Source: Breznakia blatticola
GTDB taxonomy: Bacteria; Bacillota_I; Bacilli_A; Erysipelotrichales; Erysipelotrichaceae
Reading direction: 5' to 3'
Assembly (NCBI RefSeq): GCF_004365815.1
Contig: NZ_SODD01000004.1
Location: 30,001-62,000, forward strand
Length of the DNA stretch: 32,000 nt
This document shows positions 23,691 through 32,000 of this stretch, piece after piece. Below the pieces are notes generated by a model that was not told the origin of the DNA, made no database searches, and was given only the letters and a program-made list of their open reading frames with translations. Made by a program: the position numbers and the translations under genes. Numbering within the stretch: the stretch's first letter is position 1; every line of letters starts with the position of its first letter.

Positions 23691-25877
23691 ATGGCGAAAG
23701 AAGTATTTCGTTTAGATTTCCGCGGTCGGGGGATCGTGGTAGAAACTGGTGAGTTAGCCAAACAAGCTGGTGGATCTGTCTTAGTTAGATATGGTGATAC
23801 AGTTGTATTATCAGCAGCTACTGCAAGTTCACAAGCAAAAATGGATTTAGACTTTTTCCCACTTACGGTAACGTATGAAGAAAAGTTGTATTCAGTAGGG
23901 AAAATCCCTGGTGGATTCTTAAGACGTGAAGGACGTCCATCTGAAAAAGCGACATTAACTGCGCGTATGATTGACAGACCGATCCGTCCATTATTTGCGG
24001 ATGGTTTCCGTAATGAAGTACAAGTAGTAAATACAGTACTTTCAGTTGACCAAGAAGCATGTGCAGATATGACTGCAATGTTAGGAGCATCTTTATCTTT
24101 ATGTGTAAGTGATATTCCATTCAATGGGCCAATTGCTGGAGTTAACGTTGGTTATATCGATGGTGAATACATCATTAACCCAACACCGGAACAACAAGAA
24201 GTTTCATTAATTGACCTTGCTGTTGCAGGGACAAAATATGCAGTTAACATGGTTGAAGCAGGTGCAAAAGAAGTAACTGAAGAAGAAATGTTAGAAGCGA
24301 TTATGTTTGGACATGAAGCAATTAAAGAACTAGTTGCATTCCAAGAAGAAATTATTGCGAAAGTTGGAAAAGAAAAACGCGAAATTGAATTATATGTAGT
24401 TGATGAAGCAGTCAATGCATTAGTTCGTGAAAAATATGAAGCAGAATTACGTGCTGCTGTATCGATTGAAAAGAAACTTGAACGTTATGGAAAAATCGAT
24501 GAAATTACTGCTGAAGCAGTTGCAATGATTGAAGCACAAGAATTCGAAAACGACAGTGAAAAAGCAAAAGCTGCAAAACAAGCAAAACAAATTTGCCATA
24601 GTATTGAAGCAGATGAAGTACGTCGTTTAATTATTGAAGACAAAGTACGTCCAGATGGTCGTCAAATTACAGAACTACGTAAATTGGATTCGCAAATCGA
24701 TTTACTACCTAGAGTTCACGGAAGTGCAGTCTTCACACGTGGAGAAACACAAGTATTAAGTGTTACGACTTTAGGAGCACTTAATGATGAACAAATTATC
24801 GATGACTTAAGTGAAGTAGATCGTAAACGTTTCATGCACCACTACAACTTCCCTCCATACTCAGTAGGGGAAACAGGAAGAATGGGTGCACCTGGACGTC
24901 GTGAAATTGGTCACGGTGCATTAGGTGAACGTGCCTTACTTCAAGTATTACCAAGTGTTGATGAATTCCCATATGCAATTCGTGTAGTTGCTGAAGTATT
25001 AGAATCAAATGGTTCATCATCACAAGCATCAATTTGTGCAGGTACAATGTCATTGATGGCAGCAGGGGTACCAATTAAAGCACCAGTTGCTGGTATCGCG
25101 ATGGGTCTAATCATGGATGAAGACAACGAAAAATATACAGTATTAACCGATATTCAAGGTATGGAAGACCACTTTGGAGATATGGACTTTAAGGTTGCTG
25201 GAACACCTAAAGGAATTACAGCTCTTCAAATGGACATCAAAGTTACTGGTATTACAAGAGATATCTTTAAAGAAGCACTTGCACAAGCTGGTATCGCAAG
25301 AGCACAAATCTTAGAAAACATGATGGCAACAATTTCTGAAGTTCGTCCAGAAGTTTCTAAATATGCTCCAAAAACACACATCATGTACATCAATGTAGAT
25401 AAAATCAAAGATGTTATCGGACCTGGTGGGAAAATGATTAACGAAATCATCGAAGCTTGTGACAATGTAAAAATTGACATTGAGGATGATGGTCGTGTAA
25501 TTATTTATCACTCAGATCAAAATGCAATCAATAAAGCTGCACAAATGATTATGGATATCACAAAAGAAGCAAAAGTTGGTGACATCTATGATGCTAAAGT
25601 TGTTCGTATTGAAAAATTTGGTGCATTTGTGAACCTATTTGGTAAAGTTGATGGATTGCTTCACGTATCAAAAATCAAACACGAACGAGTGGAAGATGTA
25701 AATAAGGTACTTAAACTTGGTGATACAATCAAAGTTAAAGTTACTGAAATTGATGACCGTGGTCGTATTAATGTTTCAGCAAAAGCACTTATCGAACGTC
25801 CAAAACGTGAAGAAGTAAAAAAAGAAGTGAAAGAAGCTAAAACAGAAGAAAGTACTGAATCAACGGAAGTAAAATAA
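23691..25877 (+). CDS. pnp: Polyribonucleotide nucleotidyltransferase (PNPase)
   Basis: Two RNase PH domains, KH ([10 protein letters not shown]) and S1 ([20 protein letters not shown]) domains; 728 aa from ATG 23691 (MAKEVF). Confidence 0.95.
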   Translation: MAKEVFRLDFRGRGIVVETGELAKQAGGSVLVRYGDTVVLSAATASSQAKMDLDFFPLTVTYEEKLYSVGKIPGGFLRREGRPSEKATLTARMIDRPIRPLFADGFRNEVQVVNTVLSVDQEACADMTAMLGASLSLCVSDIPFNGPIAGVNVGYIDGEYIINPTPEQQEVSLIDLAVAGTKYAVNMVEAGAKEVTEEEMLEAIMFGHEAIKELVAFQEEIIAKVGKEKREIELYVVDEAVNALVREKYEAELRAAVSIEKKLERYGKIDEITAEAVAMIEAQEFENDSEKAKAAKQAKQICHSIEADEVRRLIIEDKVRPDGRQITELRKLDSQIDLLPRVHGSAVFTRGETQVLSVTTLGALNDEQIIDDLSEVDRKRFMHHYNFPPYSVGETGRMGAPGRREIGHGALGERALLQVLPSVDEFPYAIRVVAEVLESNGSSSQASICAGTMSLMAAGVPIKAPVAGIAMGLIMDEDNEKYTVLTDIQGMEDHFGDMDFKVAGTPKGITALQMDIKVTGITRDIFKEALAQAGIARAQILENMMATISEVRPEVSKYAPKTHIMYINVDKIKDVIGPGGKMINEIIEACDNVKIDIEDDGRVIIYHSDQNAINKAAQMIMDITKEAKVGDIYDAKVVRIEKFGAFVNLFGKVDGLLHVSKIKHERVEDVNKVLKLGDTIKVKVTEIDDRGRINVSAKALIERPKREEVKKEVKEAKTEESTESTEVK

Positions 25878-25880
25878 GCG

Positions 25881-26072
25881 ATGAAAAATCAAAAGTTTAA
25901 TATTCTATTTTTGATTTCTAGTGTTTGTTTCTTGCTTTGTTCAGTCTTGATGTTGTTATCTGATAGTATGGTACTAGCCATTTGCTATTTTGTGATTTCA
26001 CTTTCGATGGGAACTATCTATCAAGCAAATGCAAAAAAAGCGAAAGAGACAAATAACACGGATAAGAAATAA
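25881..26072 (+). CDS. Small hypothetical membrane protein (63 aa, two predicted TM helices)
   Basis: The ATG lies 3 nt after the pnp stop. Two hydrophobic helices and a basic tail; a terminator follows. SD is weak. Confidence 0.45.
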   Translation: MKNQKFNILFLISSVCFLLCSVLMLLSDSMVLAICYFVISLSMGTIYQANAKKAKETNNTDKK

Positions 26073-26075
26073 GTA

Positions 26076-26106
26076 AAAGAACGTCCATAACAGGATGTTC
26101 TTTTTA
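26076..26106 (+). terminator. Intrinsic terminator after pnp and the small ORF
   Basis: AAGAACGTCC / GGATGTTCTT stem (one G-U pair), 6-nt loop, T-run. Confidence 0.7.
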
Positions 26107-26129
26107 TGAGTGCTTTAACTGTGATTAAC

Positions 26130-26158
26130 TTGAGAAGCACGTAGACAACGTGTATAAT
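26130..26158 (+). promoter_or_regulatory. Sigma-A-type promoter for the FemAB-family gene
   Basis: TTGAGA (26130-26135), 17-nt spacer, TATAAT (26153-26158). Confidence 0.55.
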
Positions 26159-26188
26159 TACATGGAACATATAAGATAAAGGTGAATT

Positions 26189-27421
26189 ATGATTTTTGAA
26201 GAAATAACAACTACGGAGTTTGATGCATTTGCTAGAAAACATCCGTTACATAATTTTATGCAAACTTCACAAATGGGTGAAGTTGGAAAAGTAAGTGGGC
26301 AAGTCTCTTACTATGTTGGAATTCGTGAACATGGTGAACTCATTGGTGCTTGTCGATTGGCTGGAATAAAAAACCGTTTTGGTCAGTATTTTTTTAGTGC
26401 ATTTCGTGGACCATTACTCGATTACAACGATAAGGAAGTTCTTTCATTTTTTACAACTGAAGTGAAGAAATTTCTAAAATCAAAAAAGGGTTATGAATTG
26501 GATATTAATCCAGGAATCATTCATAAAGAACGTGATATTAATGGAGATGTTGTGGAAGGTGGAGTTGATAATTCAAAGGTAGTACCACTACTTGAAAGTT
26601 TAGGTTATCAACACGAAGGATTTATTACGGAATACGATTATTCACGACAAGTACGTTGGATGTTTGTACTTGATTTAGAAGGTAAAAGTGAAACCGAAGT
26701 ATTCAAAGCGATGAAACAAAACCATCGAAATATCATCAAGAAAACAGAAAAGTTCTTTATTGAAATTAAAGAAGTTGGATATGACGATTTAGCTGAATAC
26801 AAACGAATCACTGAAGAAACAAGTGATCGTCGTGGATTTGAAGACAAACCACTTGCTTACTACCAAGAAATGTATCGTCAATTTCATGATAATGGAGAAG
26901 TGAAATTCTTAATTGCATATTTAAATGTTGATAAGTATATTGAAAGCCTACAAACTTCACTTGCTCGTGAATCGCAAAAATATGAGAACTCAAAAGCGAA
27001 GAATCCGGATTCAGGAAAAACAAAAGAGTTGGGAATTACGGTTAATAGTTTAGAGAAACGTTTGAATGAAGCGCAAGAGTTGTGTAAAGATGGACATTAT
27101 ATTCCATTATCAGCTGCAATGTTTGTTTTGTTTGAAGATGAAATAACATACATGTTTAGTGGAAGTTATGAAAAATACATGAATTTTTACGCACAATATG
27201 CGATTCAATGGTATGTAATCAAACATGGTATTGCTGGTGGATTCAAACGTTACAATTTCTATGGAATCTCTGGTAACTTTGATAAAAGTGACCCGGATTA
27301 TGGAGTGTATGAATTCAAGAAAGGATTCCAAGGATATGTCTTAGAATATCTTGGAGATTTTGTTCTTCCGATATCGTACTATCACACAGTAAATAAACTG
27401 ATTCAAAAAATTAAAAAGTAA
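26189..27421 (+). CDS. FemAB-family aminoacyl-tRNA-dependent peptidoglycan interpeptide-bridge transferase (FemX/MurM-like)
   Basis: 410 aa. The N-terminal F..F....P..NFMQTSQMGEV pattern, a central coiled-coil insertion and C-terminal GVYEFKKGF are typical of FemABX proteins. Confidence 0.85.
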   Translation: MIFEEITTTEFDAFARKHPLHNFMQTSQMGEVGKVSGQVSYYVGIREHGELIGACRLAGIKNRFGQYFFSAFRGPLLDYNDKEVLSFFTTEVKKFLKSKKGYELDINPGIIHKERDINGDVVEGGVDNSKVVPLLESLGYQHEGFITEYDYSRQVRWMFVLDLEGKSETEVFKAMKQNHRNIIKKTEKFFIEIKEVGYDDLAEYKRITEETSDRRGFEDKPLAYYQEMYRQFHDNGEVKFLIAYLNVDKYIESLQTSLARESQKYENSKAKNPDSGKTKELGITVNSLEKRLNEAQELCKDGHYIPLSAAMFVLFEDEITYMFSGSYEKYMNFYAQYAIQWYVIKHGIAGGFKRYNFYGISGNFDKSDPDYGVYEFKKGFQGYVLEYLGDFVLPISYYHTVNKLIQKIKK

Positions 27422-27439
27422 GTATCTATAAGTTACATT

Positions 27440-27479
27440 AAACATCATCTTTGTCTGTGTGCATCGGTGATGTTTTTTT
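27440..27479 (+). terminator. Intrinsic terminator after the FemAB-family gene
   Basis: AAACATCATC / GGTGATGTTT stem (one G-U pair), 16-nt loop, T7. Confidence 0.6.
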
Positions 27480-27581
27480 ATTGTAAACGTGGATAAAATA
27501 TGAAAATTATTCAAATTAGATAGGTGCATCATGTACCATAAATTGTTTATATGTGTTAAACTATTAGTCGAGGTGAACACT

Positions 27582-28979
27582 ATGGATTTTTATACAATAA
27601 TGAATGAATATAAAGAGGCATTTCTTAGTGATTTAAAAGGACTAATTGCAATTCCATCATTGGAGGATTTTAGTACTGCAAAAGAACATGCACCTTTTGG
27701 TACGGAAGTTAGAAACGCATTGGATTATATGCTTGATTTAGGTCGTAAAGAAGGATTTGTCGTAAAAGATTTAGACGGATATGCTGGTACGATTGAATAT
27801 GGAGAAGGTAAAGAAAGTATCGGGGTACTTGGTCATTTAGATATCGTTCCTTTTGGTGAAGGTTGGACAAATGCACCAACAGATATGGTAGAAAGAGATG
27901 GGTATATTCTTGGTCGTGGAGTACTTGATGACAAAGGACCTACAATGGCTGCCTTTTATGCACTAAAAGCATTAAAAGATCATAATATTAAATTGGACAA
28001 GAAAATCATTTTAATTTTAGGTACAAACGAAGAAACTGGAATGAAGTGTATGGATTACTATGCAAAGCATGGTGAAATTCCAACATGTGGATTTACACCA
28101 GATGCGGACTTCCCAGTTATATATGGAGAAAAAGGACACATCAATCCAGTATTGGTAAGCGACAAAACAACAGTGATTAAGAAACTGGTTGCTGGAGAAC
28201 GTCCAAACATCGTTATTGGTAAAGCACAAGCAACATTACCAAAATTAACAGATAAACAAAAAGATGAATTTCATTACTATTTACAAGTTGAAAAATTAAC
28301 TGGTCAAATTATTGATGCCGGTGAAGATGACATTATTGAAATTGAAGGAAAATACTTCCATGCAGCAATGGCATATAATGGAGTGAATGCTGCAGTACAT
28401 ATCTTAAATTATGTAGGTGCAAGTTTTCATGATGAACTAGCTGCTAGTTTTGCCAATATATTGATGGACTGGAAAGGTACTGGTTTAGGTATTGCAATGG
28501 AAGGTGCATACATGGGCTTTTTAACTATGAATGTTGGAATTGTTTCAATTGAAAATAACCACAGTGAAATCACATTGGATATTCGTTATCCAAATGATAC
28601 AACTGGTAAGGAATTAGAACAACGAATTATTGATAGCTTACCAGCAAGTATTACATGTAAACCTGTAGAAGATAGCAAACCTTTATTTGTGGATCCAAAC
28701 AGTACAATTGTAAAAACACTAATGCATGCATATCAAGCATATACAAAAGATTTGTTCTCACCAGCAAAAACGATTGGTGGAGGAACTTATGCACGTAAGT
28801 TTGAAAACTTTGTGGCATTTGGTCCAGAATTCCCAGATCGTGAAACACCAAATTTCTTTGTTGGTGGACCACACGAGAAAGATGAAGGAATCAAAGTAAA
28901 TGATTTATTAAAAGCAGGTGCAATCTATGCACAAGCCTTACAAGATCTAGCAAAGGAAGACTCGCATGCGGATGCGTAA
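27582..28979 (+). CDS. pepV: M20-family dipeptidase PepV
   Basis: GHLDIVP, GRGVLDDKGP and NEETG metal-ligand motifs; 465 aa from ATG 27582 (GAGGTG SD). The upstream in-frame extension lacks an SD. Confidence 0.9.
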   Translation: MDFYTIMNEYKEAFLSDLKGLIAIPSLEDFSTAKEHAPFGTEVRNALDYMLDLGRKEGFVVKDLDGYAGTIEYGEGKESIGVLGHLDIVPFGEGWTNAPTDMVERDGYILGRGVLDDKGPTMAAFYALKALKDHNIKLDKKIILILGTNEETGMKCMDYYAKHGEIPTCGFTPDADFPVIYGEKGHINPVLVSDKTTVIKKLVAGERPNIVIGKAQATLPKLTDKQKDEFHYYLQVEKLTGQIIDAGEDDIIEIEGKYFHAAMAYNGVNAAVHILNYVGASFHDELAASFANILMDWKGTGLGIAMEGAYMGFLTMNVGIVSIENNHSEITLDIRYPNDTTGKELEQRIIDSLPASITCKPVEDSKPLFVDPNSTIVKTLMHAYQAYTKDLFSPAKTIGGGTYARKFENFVAFGPEFPDRETPNFFVGGPHEKDEGIKVNDLLKAGAIYAQALQDLAKEDSHADA

Positions 28980-29598
28980 ATTGAAATGGGCAGCTGACTT
29001 TATTGCAAATAGTGAAGTCAATGTCCACAATCCTGAAATATACCAAGGAAAGTGGCGAGAGTTATTAAACCGTGATTGTATCCACGTGGAAATTGGAACA
29101 GGAAAAGGTGACTACTGGATTGGTATGGCAAATTTATATCCAGAACTTGGTTGGATTGGAATCGAAAAACAAGAAAGTGTAGCTGCTTTAGCATTGCGTA
29201 AAAAAGATACACTGGAACAACAAACTCGATTTATTCATGGTGATGCTGCAAATATTGATCAGTGGTTTGCCAAAAAAGAAATTGATGTCATTCATTTGAA
29301 TTTCTCAGATCCATGGCCAAAGAATCGTAATAAGAAACGTCGTTTAAGCAATGAACGCTTTCTTGATAAATACCATCAAATCTTAAGTGATGATGGCCAA
29401 ATTATTATGAAAACAGATAATCGTAGTTTGTTTGAGTATTCGATTATTGAATTCCAAAACTTTGGCTTCAAGCTTGAAGAGATTTATTTGGATTTTCGTA
29501 GTGAACAACATGATGAAGATATCATCAGTGAATATGAAAGAAAGTTTATGGAAAAAGGTCCGATTTATCGTGCCGTATGGGTAAAAGGAGGAAAGTAA
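28966..29598 (+). CDS. trmB: tRNA (guanine46-N7)-methyltransferase
   Basis: MRMRKLKWA N-terminus, HVEIGTGKG SAM motif and the NFSDPWPK motif, as in B. subtilis TrmB. It overlaps the pepV 3' end by 14 nt. Confidence 0.9.
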   Translation: MRMRKLKWAADFIANSEVNVHNPEIYQGKWRELLNRDCIHVEIGTGKGDYWIGMANLYPELGWIGIEKQESVAALALRKKDTLEQQTRFIHGDAANIDQWFAKKEIDVIHLNFSDPWPKNRNKKRRLSNERFLDKYHQILSDDGQIIMKTDNRSLFEYSIIEFQNFGFKLEEIYLDFRSEQHDEDIISEYERKFMEKGPIYRAVWVKGGK

Positions 29599-29599
29599 G

Positions 29600-29935
29600 A
29601 TGGCTTTAAAAGAAGGAATGCAAATTCTTGAATCTGTAGAACAGTTTGAAGAATTATATAAAAAAGAAGGTGTTGTAGTTTTTACATTCAGTGCTGACTG
29701 GTGTCCAGACTGTCGCTTTATTGAACCATTTATGCCAAAGTTGGTAGAGAAATATAGTGACTATGATTTCGTTTATGTAGATCGTGACAAATTTATTGAT
29801 TTGGCAATCGGTTTACAAATTATGGGAATCCCATCATTTGTAGCGATTAAGAACGGAAAAGAAGAAGCGCGTTTTGTTTCTAAACTACGCAAAAGTGAAA
29901 AAGAAATTGATGATTTCTTAGGAGCGTTAAGATGA
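29600..29935 (+). CDS. ytpP: Thioredoxin-like protein (YtpP-type)
   Basis: WCPDC active-site motif in a 111-aa thioredoxin fold. Its position next to a ytpR-like gene matches B. subtilis. Confidence 0.8.
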   Translation: MALKEGMQILESVEQFEELYKKEGVVVFTFSADWCPDCRFIEPFMPKLVEKYSDYDFVYVDRDKFIDLAIGLQIMGIPSFVAIKNGKEEARFVSKLRKSEKEIDDFLGALR

Positions 29936-30522
29936 TCGCAAGAGTATTCTATAATGCAAAAGCATTTCCAGGAGTTGTGCTTGTTATCTTACATGATGAA
30001 GAAGTAATTTCTACAATTAAAAGTAAGAATGTCACAAAACTTCTAGGTAAAGATGAAAAGCTGCTTGGTTACAATATTGAAGTTGATCACTTTGAATCCG
30101 ATCAAGATGGATATCAAAAGATGACATACGATTTACTACGTTTTGTAAATGGTAGCTTACATGATGCTTTTGATGAAGAAATCATTCATGATTTCAATCC
30201 ATACATTGTGGTTGGACGCGTACTTGCATGTGATGATCACCCAGATAGTGATCATTTACACGTATGTCAAGTCGATGTTGGAAAAGAAGTTGTTCAAATC
30301 GTATGCGGTGCTGCCAACGTAAAAGCAAATATAAACGTTGTTGCATGTCTACCAAATGCTGTCCTTCCAGATGGCAAATTCATCACAAAAGGTAAACTTC
30401 GTGGTATAAAAAGTGATGGAATGTTAGCAAGTGCCTATGAGTTAGGATTGATAGAAGAGAAGAAAAAGGGTATATTAATACTAGAAGATGAAGCTAAGGT
30501 CGGCGAACCTTTCTTCAAGTAG
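29932..30522 (+). CDS. ytpR: YtpR-like protein with a CsaA/EMAP-type tRNA-binding domain
   Basis: VGRVLACDDHPDSDHLHVCQVDVG...VCGAANV...G..S.GML is the tRNA_bind OB-fold signature. 4-nt overlap with the upstream gene. Confidence 0.8.
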   Translation: MIARVFYNAKAFPGVVLVILHDEEVISTIKSKNVTKLLGKDEKLLGYNIEVDHFESDQDGYQKMTYDLLRFVNGSLHDAFDEEIIHDFNPYIVVGRVLACDDHPDSDHLHVCQVDVGKEVVQIVCGAANVKANINVVACLPNAVLPDGKFITKGKLRGIKSDGMLASAYELGLIEEKKKGILILEDEAKVGEPFFK

Positions 30523-30532
30523 GAGCTAGCAT

Positions 30533-31234
30533 ATGTCAATTTTTGATAAAATTAAAGATGTACTTTTCACAGAAGAAACGGATGTAGAGGAAACTTTAAT
30601 TCGTGATGAAGATGAAGGGGAATTCATCGAAGAAGAAAAAGAGGTAAAGGTACAAAAACCAAAACCGAAACCATTACCAAAACCAAAACCACGTTATGAA
30701 GATGTTGAGGCAATTACTGAGGACATTGAACGAATTCGTGAACCAGAAAGTAAGTTAGAAAACATTTTTGATATTAAAGCAGATGAGGTAAAAAAAGAAG
30801 AACCATCAATTACGAAACGTTTGCAACCAAAAATTGCAAAGGATTTTGAAATTCCTCAAGTGATTTCACCAATTACAGGTGTTACTACAGAGAAAATTGA
30901 TGAAGAAGCTGAATTTGTTGCATCGAAACCACGTCGTACGAAAGATTCTTTAGGTACTGTGATTTCGCCATTTTATGGAGAAGTGGAATTAGAAGAATTC
31001 CATCAACAAGCACAAGTAGAACTTGCTGTGAATCAAATGCAAAGCGATGATGTTGAAGAAGAAGAAATCGAAAATATTTCGCTTGATCAAATTGTTGCTT
31101 CACCATATGAACAAGAAGAGGAAATGGTTCAGTTCTCACTTTTTGGTGATGATGCACCAATTCGTGACTTACAAGAAGAAGAGCAAGAACAAACACAAGA
31201 AGATACAGAAGATAATGAGGATCTTCCATTTTAG
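30533..31234 (+). CDS. Highly acidic, low-complexity hypothetical protein
   Basis: 233 aa, Glu/Asp-rich. N-terminal MSIFDKIKDVLF, KPKPKPLPKPKP tract, C-terminal EDNEDLPF. GGAG lies upstream of the ATG. Codon periodicity is consistent with its neighbours. Confidence 0.6.
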   Translation: MSIFDKIKDVLFTEETDVEETLIRDEDEGEFIEEEKEVKVQKPKPKPLPKPKPRYEDVEAITEDIERIREPESKLENIFDIKADEVKKEEPSITKRLQPKIAKDFEIPQVISPITGVTTEKIDEEAEFVASKPRRTKDSLGTVISPFYGEVELEEFHQQAQVELAVNQMQSDDVEEEEIENISLDQIVASPYEQEEEMVQFSLFGDDAPIRDLQEEEQEQTQEDTEDNEDLPF

Positions 31235-31249
31235 AAAGAAGGAAACTTT

Positions 31250-32000
31250 ATGATTCATTTTATCGGTATTAAAGGGTCTGGTATGGCTTCTTTAGCTTGT
31301 ATTTTAAAAGACATGGGTGAAGAAGTTACTGGCTCTGATATTGAAAAATTTATCTTTACGGAAACAAAACTAAAGGAACATCAGATTCCTTTTTTCGCGT
31401 TTTCGAAAGAAAATATTAAAGATAACATGACAGTTATCATTGGAAATTCTTTTGATGACTCTCATGAAGAAGTGCAAGCTGCAAAAGCAAATCCAACAGT
31501 TACAACCTATCGATATGTCGAGTACTTAGGAAAATTAGTTGATGAATATCATTCGATTTGTGTTGCAGGTACGCATGGGAAAACAACAACAACTGGTATG
31601 CTTGCCCATGTTTTCGAACAAGTACAACCAACTGGATACTTGATCGGTGATGGAACCGGATATATGCCAAAAGATGCTAAGACATTTATTTTAGAATCTT
31701 GCGAGTATATGCGTAATTTCTTAAATTACCATCCAGATTATGCGATTATTTTGAATGTGGAACTTGATCATGTCGATTATTATAAAGATATGGATGACTA
31801 TGTTTTAGCATTTGAACAATTTAGTCAAAATATAAAAAAAGGACTTGCCATTTTTGGTGATGAAGCAAGTTCACGAAATTTAAAAGTTGATGTAAATCAC
31901 ATGTACTATGGACTACATGAAGATAATGATGTATATGCAAAAGATGTAGTGGAAGATGCAGATGGTGTTTCCTTTACTTGTATGGTAAATGGTGAACATT
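31250..32000 (+). CDS. murC: UDP-N-acetylmuramate--L-alanine ligase, N-terminal part (runs off the window; absent from the ORF track because it has no stop)
   Basis: My own translation from ATG 31250: MIHFIGIKGSGMASLACILKDMGEEVTGSD...ICVAGTHGKTTTTGML, the MurC Rossmann and P-loop motifs. AAGGAA SD upstream. Confidence 0.9.
   Translation, partial: MIHFIGIKGSGMASLACILKDMGEEVTGSDIEKFIFTETKLKEHQIPFFAFSKENIKDNMTVIIGNSFDDSHEEVQAAKANPTVTTYRYVEYLGKLVDEYHSICVAGTHGKTTTTGMLAHVFEQVQPTGYLIGDGTGYMPKDAKTFILESCEYMRNFLNYHPDYAIILNVELDHVDYYKDMDDYVLAFEQFSQNIKKGLAIFGDEASSRNLKVDVNHMYYGLHEDNDVYAKDVVEDADGVSFTCMVNGEH

Noticed and set aside
1511-27581. Longer N-terminal extensions offered by the ORF track (starts at 1511, 6117, 8182, 10538, 10768, 15359, 18749, 19973, 20166, 21233, 23670, 27531)
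   Set aside because: In each case an internal ATG is preceded by a properly spaced SD and gives the N-terminus typical of the family. The extensions overlap upstream genes, terminators or leader structures. The aldolase start (10768 versus 10813) remains genuinely uncertain.
1-32000. Search for CRISPR arrays, tRNA/rRNA genes, IS elements, integrases, prophage genes, toxin-antitoxin pairs or known defence-system signatures
   Set aside because: None found. There are no repeat-spacer periodicity, no cloverleaf-like or rRNA-like conserved segments, no DDE/tyrosine/serine recombinase motifs, and no nuclease/ATPase/reverse-transcriptase-type ORFs outside ordinary metabolism.

Overview
This is a low-GC Bacillota-type chromosomal segment, about 90% coding. 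Most of it is housekeeping: an ABC exporter 3' end, hemW, a NUDIX hydrolase, trkA-trkH, rpsO, pnp, a FemAB-family transferase, pepV, trmB, ytpP/ytpR-like genes and the murC 5' end. Four parts look accessory. (1) GNAT + Y-family DNA polymerase + YolD-like + MATE efflux gene; the MATE gene is preceded by a structured leader with a 13-codon uORF, a reused ACCGGATAAGA element and an intrinsic terminator. (2) A roughly 9 kb sugar or polyol locus: divergent beta-hydroxyacid dehydrogenase, class II ketose-bisphosphate aldolase, PRD/EIIA-type activator, mannose-family PTS EIIA/B/C/D, Zn-dependent dehydrogenase and FGGY kinase. The activator is broken by a single in-frame TAA, and the locus carries cre-like sites and a CGCAAA repeat array. 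(3) A DUF2992/YjdF-like gene behind a structured leader with an anti-SD, a candidate yjdF-class riboswitch. (4) A four-gene cassette wedged between rpsO and pnp: a 3'-truncated Vat/XAT acetyltransferase, a GNAT, a HEAT-like protein and an AAC(6')-like GNAT. An acidic, probably disordered protein upstream of murC ends in an SSB-like DLPF tail. I found no CRISPR array, tRNA/rRNA, transposase, integrase or recognisable defence module, and no convincing novel multi-gene system. The most interesting signals are cis-regulatory RNAs, gene decay and small-scale insertions. All calls come from reading motifs by eye, with no database search.
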